Source: Alkalispirochaeta sp. (lineage in GTDB: Bacteria > Spirochaetota > Spirochaetia > DSM-27196 > Alkalispirochaetaceae). From it: 64,000 nucleotides of DNA. Made by a program: the position numbers and the translations under genes. Within the stretch, counting starts at the first letter, position 1, and every line of letters starts with the position of its first letter. A model generated the notes under the pieces. It searched no databases. It was not told the origin of the DNA and saw only the letters and a list, made by a program, of their open reading frames with translations. Positions 46,256-56,239 of this stretch are shown here, in pieces. The DNA is taken from assembly GCA_965601925.1 (NCBI GenBank), contig OZ271854.1, positions 1,120,001 to 1,184,000 of the forward strand. The letters run 5' to 3'.

Positions 46256-48448
46256 ATGCGAGGGCGTAGCGGCGTCGCCGGCGGTGCGGCACCATTTTTT
46301 GTTTTGATCTATCTGTTACTGGTTCCCGGGCTCGCGTGGGCGGTCGATGAGTACCAAGATCTCTCGATGACTCACGAGATCACGCGATTGCTCCTGGCGC
46401 TGGGCGTGGTGGTGCTTGCCGCCAAGGCCGGTGGAGCGATCGCCAGACGCCTGAGGCTTCCCGAGCTATTGGGCGAGGTGTCCGCCGGCCTCGCCTTGGG
46501 ACCGTACGCGCTCGGGAGCGTCGGTCTCCCGACATTTCCGAACGGCCTCGTGCCGTTAACCGACGGAGCCTTTCCGATTTCGCTGCAACTCTACGGTTTT
46601 GCCGCGGTGGGAGCGGTGGTGCACGTGTTGGCGGTGGGACTCGAGTCCGATAGCGGAGTCTTTGCACAAGCCGGCCGTCGTGGACTCCCGGTGGCGATCG
46701 GAAGCAGTCTTTTGAGTCTGGTGGTCGGCGCGGCGGTGCCGATCTTGTTTTTCGGCCTACCCGTCATTGACCGGAGGGTGATCTTCTTCGCCGCACTCTC
46801 GGTATCGACGTCGTTGGGGGTGCAGGCTCGTATTCTGCACGAACACCACAAGATGGCGACTCCGGAGGGTGTGGCGGTCGTGAGTTCGTCTCTTATGCAG
46901 GACGGATTTGCGATAGTATTTTTGGCAATTGCACTCGCGGTAGGCGGTATCGAGCTTGGCCGCGACACGAATGCGTCATTTGTTACGACGGTGCTCCCCG
47001 TCGCCCTATTGGCGTTCGTCATCCTCGTCGGCGGCGGGGTGCTCGCCTACGTGGGAGCACCGCGGCTCGCTCGGCTGTTTCGGGAGCGACTCTCGCCCAA
47101 CTTGTTCGCGGTCGTCGTGGTCGGTATCACGCTCTTTGTTTCGGCGTTGTTCGAGGCTTTCGGCGTCGCCTCCATTATCGGCGCGTACATCATCGGAATC
47201 GCATTCTCGCGGACCGATATGGCCGATGTGCTGGCGGAAAAGACGCAGCCGATCTCAGAGTTCTTCGTACCGATTCTCTACGTGGTGATGGGGATGCTCG
47301 TCGACTGGCGCGTCCTCTTTGATCCCCGGATACTTCTGCCGGGAATCGGCTTTGCGTTCCTTTCGGCGGCGGCGAAGATCATCGGCTCGGGTGTACCGGC
47401 CCTTGCGTCGGGATTCAACCGCTTAGGAGCGCTGCGCGTGGGATTGGGAACGGTGTGTCGTGGCGAGGTTGCACTGATTATCGCGTCGGTCGGGTTGGCG
47501 CTCGGAGACTTCTCCGCGGAAATCTTCCAGATTATGGTCGTGATGATTGTCGTATCGGTCGCGCTGGGTGCACCGGCGCTCTCTCTGACGTTACGCCGCT
47601 CCGGTTCCGGCACGCGCGGGCGGTGGGGGGAGCGCGATACCGAGATCACGCGAATCGACCTGCCGAACGAGGAGCTCTCCGACCTCATCACCGACGGCAT
47701 TCTCCGGGTTGCGGACGACGACGGTTTTTTTGTGCACCGCCTCGAGCTGGCCGGCACCGTCTACCGACTGCGACGGGACGACGTCTACCTCACCATAAAT
47801 CGCGATCCGACAAGCCTCCGGATCGTGAGCGACCCCCGCGATACCGGGCTCGCCAAGACGATGCTCTATGAAGTGATCGTACACGTTCGGGACCGCGTCG
47901 CACGAATCACCGAAGTAACCGTTCCCAAAGAGCTGCGTCGCGATGTGGCCGGCGGCGGTACGACTGCAGTGAATCTGAGCGACTATCTGAGCCCGGCAAC
48001 CGCCTTCGTAGGGCTCAAGGCGACCGACAAAGAAACGGCGATTCGCGAACTTGTCTCCGGCTTGGCGCGCGCCGGCCGCATCACCGACGGCGAGCAAGTC
48101 TACCGCGACGTCATGGAGCGCGAGGCGACCGTCAGCACCGGCATGGAGCACGGCCTCGCGATACCCCACGCACGGACTCCCGGGGTCGACGGCATAGCGG
48201 TGGCGGTCGGTATCGCGCCGGACGGCATCGACTTCCAAGCATTAGACGGCGAGCCGACGCGCATTATCTTTCTTATTGCATCTTCACCGGACGACCGCGG
48301 GCCGCACCTTCAGCTTCTTGCGGCCATCGCGAAGCAAATGCGCGAGCCCGAACGGCGTGAGGCCGTTCTTCGCGCCGACGACGCGACTACGCTTGTGCGA
48401 GCGATCGTCGGGGAGAAAGCGTCGACGCCCGGCCGAAGCGCACGGTAG
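46256..48448 (+). CDS. CPA2 cation:proton antiporter fused to a PTS EIIA (Ntr/Fru-type) domain
   Basis: LPELLGEV-AG--LGP, TSLG, QDGF, RGEVALI; C-terminal REATVSTGMEHGLAIPHAR, F-ALDGEP, HLQLLA. Confidence 0.9.
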   Translation: MRGRSGVAGGAAPFFVLIYLLLVPGLAWAVDEYQDLSMTHEITRLLLALGVVVLAAKAGGAIARRLRLPELLGEVSAGLALGPYALGSVGLPTFPNGLVPLTDGAFPISLQLYGFAAVGAVVHVLAVGLESDSGVFAQAGRRGLPVAIGSSLLSLVVGAAVPILFFGLPVIDRRVIFFAALSVSTSLGVQARILHEHHKMATPEGVAVVSSSLMQDGFAIVFLAIALAVGGIELGRDTNASFVTTVLPVALLAFVILVGGGVLAYVGAPRLARLFRERLSPNLFAVVVVGITLFVSALFEAFGVASIIGAYIIGIAFSRTDMADVLAEKTQPISEFFVPILYVVMGMLVDWRVLFDPRILLPGIGFAFLSAAAKIIGSGVPALASGFNRLGALRVGLGTVCRGEVALIIASVGLALGDFSAEIFQIMVVMIVVSVALGAPALSLTLRRSGSGTRGRWGERDTEITRIDLPNEELSDLITDGILRVADDDGFFVHRLELAGTVYRLRRDDVYLTINRDPTSLRIVSDPRDTGLAKTMLYEVIVHVRDRVARITEVTVPKELRRDVAGGGTTAVNLSDYLSPATAFVGLKATDKETAIRELVSGLARAGRITDGEQVYRDVMEREATVSTGMEHGLAIPHARTPGVDGIAVAVGIAPDGIDFQALDGEPTRIIFLIASSPDDRGPHLQLLAAIAKQMREPERREAVLRADDATTLVRAIVGEKASTPGRSAR

Positions 48449-48656
48449 CGTCACGGCGAGGCGCGACGGGTGGGAAACCGCTTCACCGACGTGGTGAGGA
48501 GGACTCGGAGTGAGGCGCGGCGGCGCCGACGGTCGAACGGATCAATCCGGAGTGACGGCGCCTCTCGATCGACATTTGTGCCAAGGAGTGGACACGTGAT
48601 AGCGATCACTGTGCCTTGTTCCGAACCGGTCTTGCATCCTTCACGGAAGAGTTTTT

Positions 48657-49679
48657 TCAGTTTGCCGGAGATTGTTCTATCGTAACGGTGGTGCGGGTGT
48701 TCTCGACAACAATCATCTTCTCGATTACGTAGTATTCCATATCTCTGCTTTCAATCAGCTCGAATCCGTATCGAGCGCCCGCGAATATCGGGTGATAATG
48801 AAACAGCACCACGTCTCCGCCTTCCAACTGCACCGGCTGCCCGCTTAGCAGGTTCCGGTTGTCCAATCCGGCAAACCACGGATGGTCTTCGGCTCCGTAG
48901 ACAAAATCGGCGTAGCGAGGATCGTTGAGTTCGTAGCTTCGTGCGTAGCGCACATCGACGGGATGCCATCTCCCTTGCTCATCCAAGTACTCTATCCATT
49001 CGTGGTGAAACTCGTACGTTGTTGGATCATCATGATGTCGCACGGCACCGTTTACGGTCCGGGCGGGTATCCCGGAGGCCCGGCAAAGAGCGACGAGCAA
49101 TCTCGAATAGTTGATACACACCCCGACTCCCCTCGCCAGAGTCATCGATGCCGGAACGGAAGCGGGTCGCCCTCCACCGATTCGTACATACGTTAGGTAC
49201 TTCACGACATAGTCGCCGATCCGACGGACCGCATCGGGTCGTTCGAGCCCGGACAGATCGAGTTCTCGAACAACGGACTGAATCGACGGGTCCTGCCAGT
49301 CGATATAGCGGTTCTGTTCCAACCACGTTATACAGGCCTCCGAAATGCGACGATACGAAGCGGTTTCTCGTCCCGTAACGGTGTATCGAACCGTCAGCGC
49401 GGCAGAGCTATCGATGTCCGATAGCGCAACGCGTGCCCAAGCGTTGCCGAGACCGTCCGTTTCGACGCCGTGTTCATACGGCAGATCATCTATCGACACG
49501 ACGGTCGAGAATGCGGGCGATGCGATGCTCCCAAGGGGAATCAGCAGGTGCGCGTCCCTGGATGCGCGGAATGTAGCTCTCCACGTCGAGTCGGGGGCGC
49601 GGTATGTTACCGGTTGCGTAGAACAGGACGCCATCACACAAAGCAGCGGCAACAGTCGGTATCGAATACTCCTCGTCAT
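48657..49679 (-). CDS. Transglutaminase-like domain lipoprotein
   Basis: Lipobox MASC; GVCINYS, CRASGIPAR, HHEWIEY, WHPVD (C-H-D triad). Confidence 0.85.
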   Translation of the reverse strand: MTRSIRYRLLPLLCVMASCSTQPVTYRAPDSTWRATFRASRDAHLLIPLGSIASPAFSTVVSIDDLPYEHGVETDGLGNAWARVALSDIDSSAALTVRYTVTGRETASYRRISEACITWLEQNRYIDWQDPSIQSVVRELDLSGLERPDAVRRIGDYVVKYLTYVRIGGGRPASVPASMTLARGVGVCINYSRLLVALCRASGIPARTVNGAVRHHDDPTTYEFHHEWIEYLDEQGRWHPVDVRYARSYELNDPRYADFVYGAEDHPWFAGLDNRNLLSGQPVQLEGGDVVLFHYHPIFAGARYGFELIESRDMEYYVIEKMIVVENTRTTVTIEQSPAN

Positions 49680-49990
49680 GTCACGATCCTGTTCGCGCAT
49701 GCTACGCTCGATCGACGAGAAAGTTAACACCTCACAACGCCCATCCGGACGTCGCGACGGTGTTTGATAGAAAAGCCGCGAGGCTTATATGGTATGTTGA
49801 TTCCAGACAGTTCTCATTCTTCCTGATGTATGACGACCATTATCGGGCCCGCGGTTTTGTCGCTTCACTACGGGCGCCGGTGGAGACGTCGAGTCATGCC
49901 CAAGAATCCGTGGACCGGTCACCAAGCTGGGATATCAACCGCCGTCGGTCACCTTCTTTCCCGTAGTCCTTGCGGTTGATAACATGCCGT

Positions 49991-50614
49991 GTGAACAGGC
50001 AAATCCTCTCATTCGTTTATGAGACCGTACACGGAGCGTGTCGACGGCCGTCGAACATTTTCGGCTATGGCATTTGGACGCACCATATCCGACCAATGAT
50101 GGAGATAGCCAAAAAACTGTCGCCGTTGCACCAAGCCGACCTCGAAATCGTGCTGCTTGGCGTTCTCCTGCACGACTATGCGGCAATCCTCGACGAGAGA
50201 TTTGTCGAGCAACATCATATTTACGGTGCAGATGAGGCCCGCAAGATGTTGTCCGGGAAGGCGTATTCGAACGAACGAATACTCGTGGTTGAAGATGCGA
50301 TCCGCGCACACCGCGGGAGCGTCCCGACTGACAAAACCACTCGTGAGGCACGGTGTTTGGCAGACTGTGACGCGGTTTCACACATCCAACAGTTTCCATC
50401 TTTGTTCTATGTCATCTACGCGAAGAGAATGCGGACAATCGATGACGGGATCGAATGGGTCAAGAACAAACTCGAGAGGGACTGGAGCAAACTAAGCCCC
50501 GTGGGACACGACTACATTCGTGAGGTGTACGACGGACTAATGAATGCGCTCTCCGCAGCGTCTGCTGCCGCGCAACATACGAGCGTCTACGAACCGGAAT
50601 GGGAATCACCATAA
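49991..50614 (+). CDS. HD-domain phosphohydrolase
   Basis: WTHHI, LLHDYA, HHIYGA, AIRAHRG, LADCD. Confidence 0.88.
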   Translation: MNRQILSFVYETVHGACRRPSNIFGYGIWTHHIRPMMEIAKKLSPLHQADLEIVLLGVLLHDYAAILDERFVEQHHIYGADEARKMLSGKAYSNERILVVEDAIRAHRGSVPTDKTTREARCLADCDAVSHIQQFPSLFYVIYAKRMRTIDDGIEWVKNKLERDWSKLSPVGHDYIREVYDGLMNALSAASAAAQHTSVYEPEWESP

Positions 50615-50927
50615 CATCGACGCTCGAGACGAGCGATACGCGACGTCGGAGTTCAACGATCCTGTTTCGCTGGAGTTTTCGTTGGGCGAAATTCGTTCAT
50701 CCGTTACGTCTACTCATAGTGAGAGACGGACGTATGACGTTACCAACTTGCGTATCGGATCAGATATGTTTTTCTATTACGGCCGGCACTAAATCGTTGC
50801 GGCCAACCAAAAATGTACGCGGCCGCATAACACCGCGTTGGACCGATCCGTCTACTTTGTCGCGGCTTTTGTGCGCGCTAAAGTCGCGCCAATCCCTCCG
50901 CCGCTGCGCGATTCCGGCGTGGGAGCG

Positions 50928-51854
50928 TCACCGCGGAAGGAGCTCGAGAATGAGGTACGGATACTTCGGCCGAAGCCGACTCAAGATCGCCTCTTTTCGG
51001 GACGCCAAGAGCGATAGGGAGACCTCAGGCCGACCGTCTGCGGGTCGCAGAATCGCGAGCGCCAGATAGCGGCTCCCCGTCTTGCTCATATGAACCGAGG
51101 AGACCTCAAAGTCGGGAGTGCAGACTTCCCGGATCGCCGATTCACACTCCTTGTACTCTTCCTTATTCTGCAGTTTCCCCAAAGCGAGCTCGATGATCGA
51201 GTCGCGAATGATCTGAATCGGCTTGGCGACGAGGGTGACTGAGATAATCAGCGTGATGATCGAGTCGGCCAGGTAGGGTACAAAGCCCGCCGCGCCGTCG
51301 GTGTCTGCATTGCGGGCAAACAGAACGCCGATCAGGATACCCGCCGAAAGAACCCCGTCGACGAATGAGGCTTGCGAATCGGTAGCCAGGATGCTGCTTT
51401 GGTCTCCGATGCGACGATTTGACACGCGATAGTATCCCGAGAGAAAGAAACTCAAGATCACCATCGCGCCCGCGTAGTACAGAATCGGACCCGGATTGAG
51501 GATCGGAATATTCTCGGTGCTCCCTTGAAAGTAGAAGATAATGCGAACGACGCTTGTCGCAACCGCCATGAGGATGACACCGAGGATCATCAACCCCTTC
51601 ACAAAGCTGTACAGCGACTCGTAGAAGAACTGTCCCAGAGGAAATGTCTCGGTCCGGCGCGCCTTGATCTTCGCGACCGACAGCGCTACGCACATACCGA
51701 TGAACACAATGAACGAGTAGTTTCCATCCAGAAGGACCGCTTCAGAGTTTGAGAACCAGTACGTGCCCCATGCGATTACCGCCATCACCAGGTTTCCCGT
51801 TGCGCCAAGAAGCATGGCTCGTCGTTCCGTTCTCTTTCGTCCCGCCTCAATCAT
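50928..51854 (-). CDS. Cation diffusion facilitator family transporter
   Basis: SEAVLLDG-YS, FPLG, 6 TM, D--LS, Y-AD motifs. Confidence 0.82.
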   Translation of the reverse strand: MIEAGRKRTERRAMLLGATGNLVMAVIAWGTYWFSNSEAVLLDGNYSFIVFIGMCVALSVAKIKARRTETFPLGQFFYESLYSFVKGLMILGVILMAVATSVVRIIFYFQGSTENIPILNPGPILYYAGAMVILSFFLSGYYRVSNRRIGDQSSILATDSQASFVDGVLSAGILIGVLFARNADTDGAAGFVPYLADSIITLIISVTLVAKPIQIIRDSIIELALGKLQNKEEYKECESAIREVCTPDFEVSSVHMSKTGSRYLALAILRPADGRPEVSLSLLASRKEAILSRLRPKYPYLILELLPR

Positions 51855-52369
51855 ATCGATTCCCTCTTTCGCTCGGAGCTATTCCGGCGAGCTTACATGA
51901 CGAGCATTGCCCGCCTCAACCGGTGCGTATTTTTTCCGTTCTTGATTCCGGGAGCTGCGGTGGTCCTTGCGTGCAACGTGGGCGTTCCTGCTCCCGAACG
52001 CTCCACCGAGCGGGTGTCGAGCCCGATGGCGACGGGCCGGGAATAACTCTCTCGCGGGCTGCGACACGTTGAAGAACGTCAGCATAGGCACGCTCCGGGA
52101 CTCTCTTCGATGGGAATCCCGGTGTCACTCGAATGGCTGACCGGTCAACTGTACGACATTAATGCTCGTTTTGCGGTTCGGTCTCTCGACGATCCCCCCA
52201 CTCTCCGGACGGGTGAGCGACACAACAAAGCGACTACCGGGTGCATGGTTGCGTAGTGCCGCGTCGATAAACACACCCACGCAACAAAAATAGAAAGAAC
52301 GTCATAATCCTTGTTGTAAGATCAAGTGCTACATGTTATGATCGCTGTAAACCATATACGGAGTTCTCT

Positions 52370-53218
52370 ATGAAATCTCTCTTGAAGGGTGTAAAAGTCA
52401 TCGCCGTCGTCATGGTGCTTGTCGCGTGTGACATATCGGGCGGAGGAGACGACGGCGGAGCGGTCTCGCCGGTCAGTACGATCGAGTTTCGGATCGACGA
52501 TCGTAGCGACGCGACTATGGACACTATCTTCGGATCCGGCAACTTGAGCTCGGTTTTCATCTCCTTTTTTGTCGAGCTGAACGCCGATCTACACTACACC
52601 AGTATCGATTCGTTACAAGTGGAAAACCCGTTGGGACTGACGTGGATTTACGACAGTGCTGAGCTGGCGGACAGATGGAGTTCATCGAGTAACGCTTTTT
52701 TTCTGTTCAACTTGTACGCATCGAGTTACCCGCACTTGGTTACGCTCGGGGAGTGGACGGTTAGGGTTACTCAAGAGGGAGTCACGTTCACCGAGACGGT
52801 AACTCTGGTCGCCGACGGAGACCCGGCACAAAATAGCGGATCGATTCGGAGCAAGACCGGTACGGGTACTACTTCGGAGATTCTTCTGGTACCGTCCGCT
52901 GTCTCCGCTACCGAGTCGTCCGGCGACGTCACCGTTTCATTTACTCTGTCGGATAGCAGAATCGACGATGTGTACGTGTGGTTTTATAGCGTAGACGGCA
53001 CCTACTTGGGGGTATCGGAAAGGTTGGAAGCCGATCTCGGTGAGACGTTGGATAGAAGCGGGGCAACCAACAACATCGCAATCACACTCTCTTCCGAAAC
53101 GAATATAGCGGCCGGCGATCATGGATCCGTTGCGCAATTGGCCGTAGTAGCATATGCGTCATACAGCACCATTGTCGGTGGCGAGTATCGTAGTATAGCG
53201 CATACCAGCGTGCCGTGA
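52370..53218 (+). CDS. Ser/Thr-rich beta-strand lipoprotein of unknown function
   Basis: MKSLLK...LVAC lipobox; long ORF; GGAG RBS. Confidence 0.75.
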   Translation: MKSLLKGVKVIAVVMVLVACDISGGGDDGGAVSPVSTIEFRIDDRSDATMDTIFGSGNLSSVFISFFVELNADLHYTSIDSLQVENPLGLTWIYDSAELADRWSSSSNAFFLFNLYASSYPHLVTLGEWTVRVTQEGVTFTETVTLVADGDPAQNSGSIRSKTGTGTTSEILLVPSAVSATESSGDVTVSFTLSDSRIDDVYVWFYSVDGTYLGVSERLEADLGETLDRSGATNNIAITLSSETNIAAGDHGSVAQLAVVAYASYSTIVGGEYRSIAHTSVP

Positions 53219-53476
53219 GAGTCTGCGCGTTTCTCGTAACCCGGACAACGATGTAACGTAACGGCTTTTTGAGACGGGCCGGGGTGCCGACATCGATAGT
53301 CATCCATCGGTGTCATCACCGATGGAATGCGACGGACGGAGTAGACGCGATGTACGAGGCGGCAGAACTTTGAAAGACTGCTATGGCTCCGGCGACCGTC
53401 GCCCCAAGGAGCTCGTGCCGCGGTCACGCAGGTACAGTGCTGCGGTGAGATACCGGTACTATCTCAGATCTGCGCG

Positions 53477-53908
53477 TCAGCTTGCCTGGTTCGGCAGCTG
53501 ATGGTGGAGCCCCCATCCAATACCGAACTTATCGATCACGTCGCCGTACACGGCGCCCCAAAACATCGTGTCCACCGGCATATTAATCGTACCTCTGGCG
53601 GAGAGTGCGTCAAATGCTTTGCGCAGCTCGTCCTCAGAATCAAACTCCACGTGTACAAACACCCTGTTTGTGTATGTGTCCTCGTCTTGCGTCACCGAAT
53701 CCGCGACATACACCGACACGTCCTCGCGTATCGTGAGCGCACCGTGCATCACCTTGCCTCGCCACTCATCACTCACGGGCATCTTCGGATTCGGCGGCAT
53801 CTCACTCCACCTCGTGATTTCAACGCTCCCACCGAAAACGTCCTTGTAGAAACCCAACGCTTCCTCGGCGGCACCTGACAGATTGATGTAGGGAATCAGT
53901 CTCATCAT
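53477..53908 (-). CDS. VOC/PhnB family protein
   Basis: LIPYIN-SG-AEEAL-FY, VMHG-L, FWGAVYG---DKFGIGW; GAGGAG RBS. Confidence 0.92.
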   Translation of the reverse strand: MMRLIPYINLSGAAEEALGFYKDVFGGSVEITRWSEMPPNPKMPVSDEWRGKVMHGALTIREDVSVYVADSVTQDEDTYTNRVFVHVEFDSEDELRKAFDALSARGTINMPVDTMFWGAVYGDVIDKFGIGWGLHHQLPNQAS

Positions 53909-54493
53909 ACTCCTCCTCGGTGATTTCTTAGTGAAAAAGTACGCAATCCATGGAGATGAGGAAACCCGACGGCACGGCCGTACGCCATGTCGCCCGGACA
54001 CATCGGCCTTCCGACGCGACTACTCAGCGACTCGTGATCGGTGAGAATGTGAAGATCATGGCCCCGGCGATAGGGATGTATCGGCGGAGAACCACCGCTT
54101 CGCGTGGACGGACCGAACGCTACGGGCGTTTCCCGGGAGACGCGGCGGAGCGACGTATCGCATTGCATCGACCGAGAGAGCGCCTCTGCGACGCCGTCGA
54201 GGTCCCGGTTTCATGCGCGGGAAACGGCATCTTCGGGTGCACGTGCGCGGGACGCGAAAGGCACTTTTTTCGGGACTTCAAAACTCTTGTACTTGCGAGA
54301 TCCAAACACCTGGCCTATGATTCACGTGATTTGTAAACACTGCTTCCGTAAGGATCTCGGTCATGCCGTGTTCCGGGAAGTGCGTCGATCTACAAGTCGC
54401 CGAGTGACGGAACCATTCTTTTCGGAGTTACCGCGCCCCGCGGCCCGGTTCAGCCCCGGGGCGAGAACACCATAACGATCAGGAGCACGAATT

Positions 54494-56029
54494 ATGAAAA
54501 TGGAAGGTGGAAGATACACCCTCTACGGTAATCCCATCACCAGATCTGAAACGAAAAAAGTTCAGAAATGGCAGAACATGTTCAAGAAAAAATACCGTTA
54601 TGATCCCAACGAGACCTACTCCTTGAGTCTGGTGGATAACGAACAACTCGGTCCGATCTTCGGACTGAAGAACATCGTTCGGGATCAGGAAGGGCAGCCC
54701 GTCGAGCCCGGAAAGGGCGTGATCATCAGCACCATCCGGATGGGATTCGGTCACTATCGGATCGCGATGGCGGGGATGTCGGCGGCAAAGGCTATGGGAT
54801 TTACCCCCTACTGGTTGGACCTCCTATCAATTCCCGGTATGCCGACCGACATCATCAACCATTGCAATACCTGGTACAGTAAGTTCTCGCGAATTTCCCA
54901 GAGCAGCTCCTGGTTCAACAAGCACGTGTGGGAGCCGGTCACGACCGGTGAAAAGACCCTCCCCGGGCTGGACGGCTTTTTGAACAGCTGGATTGTGGGA
55001 TGGCCGTGGCGGTTCCTGAAGACGAACGTGAAGGACTACAAAATGTCCGAGCTCATGGGGAATCTTCACAAGGCGCTCCCTTCGGACATGCCCATTCTCA
55101 CGGCCCACATGTGGAACTGTATGGCCGCGGTCTCCGGCGGCATGACCAATGTGGTGGATATGATGTTCGATAACCATCCCATGGCGTTTCAGCTCACCGA
55201 GGGAGCCAAACACGCGGTGCAATCTCCCTCAGGGTACTACGGCTTCCGGGCCATGCGAGGATTCGACGCCAAGGGCAAAATCCTCAAGGGAACTCCTTCC
55301 GACGCTATCTACTACACCGGACACCACGTTGATCACGAGCTTGTTGAGAACATCGAAGGGGACTGCAAGGCACGGGTAGACCGAGCAAAAAAAGGAGCTC
55401 CGAGACGATTCCTCATCACGATGGGCGGTGCCGGTGCGCAGAAAGAGCTCTTCAAGGCGGTAATCGAACACGCCATTCCGCTGATCAAGCAAAATAAGAT
55501 CACGCTCTTTGTGAATCTGGGTGACCATGCGAACAACTGGGAATGGCTGAAGGAAGAGGTGAAAGACTATCGGGACCTCATCACCACCCATTTCGACTGG
55601 GAAGATACCAGGAACTTCACCGACGAGATCAGGAACGGCGACGCGAAGGGACTGCACATATTTCTCCACGACAACACCTTCCACGCGGTGTATGCAACCA
55701 ACTACCTCATGAGGGTCACCGATATCATGATCACCAAACCCAGTGAGCTTGCGTTCTACCCCATTCCCAAGATCTTCAACGAGCGGGTCGGCGGCCACGA
55801 AATGTGGGGTGCGGTGCGAGGCGCGGAGGTCGGAGACGGTACCGTCGAGGTGGCGACCATCCCCCAGCTGATCCAAGCCATCGACCTCCTTACCCACGAG
55901 GACGACCTTCTTGAGATGTACTGCGACTGCATTGTGAAAAACAAGAGCATTGGAATCTACGACGGTGCATATAAAAGTGTCGCCCTGGCCACGGGAACCG
56001 AGTTCAATCGGTCCAGACTGCGGAAGTAG
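54494..56029 (+). CDS. Conserved protein with GT-B glycosyltransferase-like motifs
   Basis: STIRMGFGHYR, LITMGGAG, DIMITKPSEL resemble MurG/MGDG-synthase (GT28) elements; AGGAG RBS. Confidence 0.65.
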   Translation: MKMEGGRYTLYGNPITRSETKKVQKWQNMFKKKYRYDPNETYSLSLVDNEQLGPIFGLKNIVRDQEGQPVEPGKGVIISTIRMGFGHYRIAMAGMSAAKAMGFTPYWLDLLSIPGMPTDIINHCNTWYSKFSRISQSSSWFNKHVWEPVTTGEKTLPGLDGFLNSWIVGWPWRFLKTNVKDYKMSELMGNLHKALPSDMPILTAHMWNCMAAVSGGMTNVVDMMFDNHPMAFQLTEGAKHAVQSPSGYYGFRAMRGFDAKGKILKGTPSDAIYYTGHHVDHELVENIEGDCKARVDRAKKGAPRRFLITMGGAGAQKELFKAVIEHAIPLIKQNKITLFVNLGDHANNWEWLKEEVKDYRDLITTHFDWEDTRNFTDEIRNGDAKGLHIFLHDNTFHAVYATNYLMRVTDIMITKPSELAFYPIPKIFNERVGGHEMWGAVRGAEVGDGTVEVATIPQLIQAIDLLTHEDDLLEMYCDCIVKNKSIGIYDGAYKSVALATGTEFNRSRLRK

Positions 56030-56239
56030 CCGCGGTCGAAGGAAAGGCCGTCTATGGGTAGCACGGGTGAAATGCCGCGGTGGGGTGCGACCTCGGAGAG
56101 GTGCGCAAGAGTCGTTCGCGTGCCCGACGCGCTCGCTCTCACCACGGCTCTACTCGGTGCCGACTACTATTCTCTTGTGTACACGGCGTTACAAGACGTC
56201 TTTTCGTCGACGGCGATGAGTCGCCGACGCCCGGCCAAT

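Noticed and set aside
50544..50792. Lower-GC short ORF after the HD gene
   Set aside because: No credible start or RBS and no recognisable family; at most a gene remnant
52105..52160. Cobalamin-riboswitch-like words (GGGAA-N4-GGTG ... ACTGT) in a long intergenic region
   Set aside because: The stem after GGTG does not pair well and I see no B12 box downstream; an Infernal scan with the Rfam cobalamin models would settle it
54215..54275. c-di-GMP-I-like words (GGAAAC...GGGACGCGAAAG) with a UUCG hairpin upstream of the GT-like gene
   Set aside because: Spacing and second stem do not fit the consensus; needs a cmsearch hit
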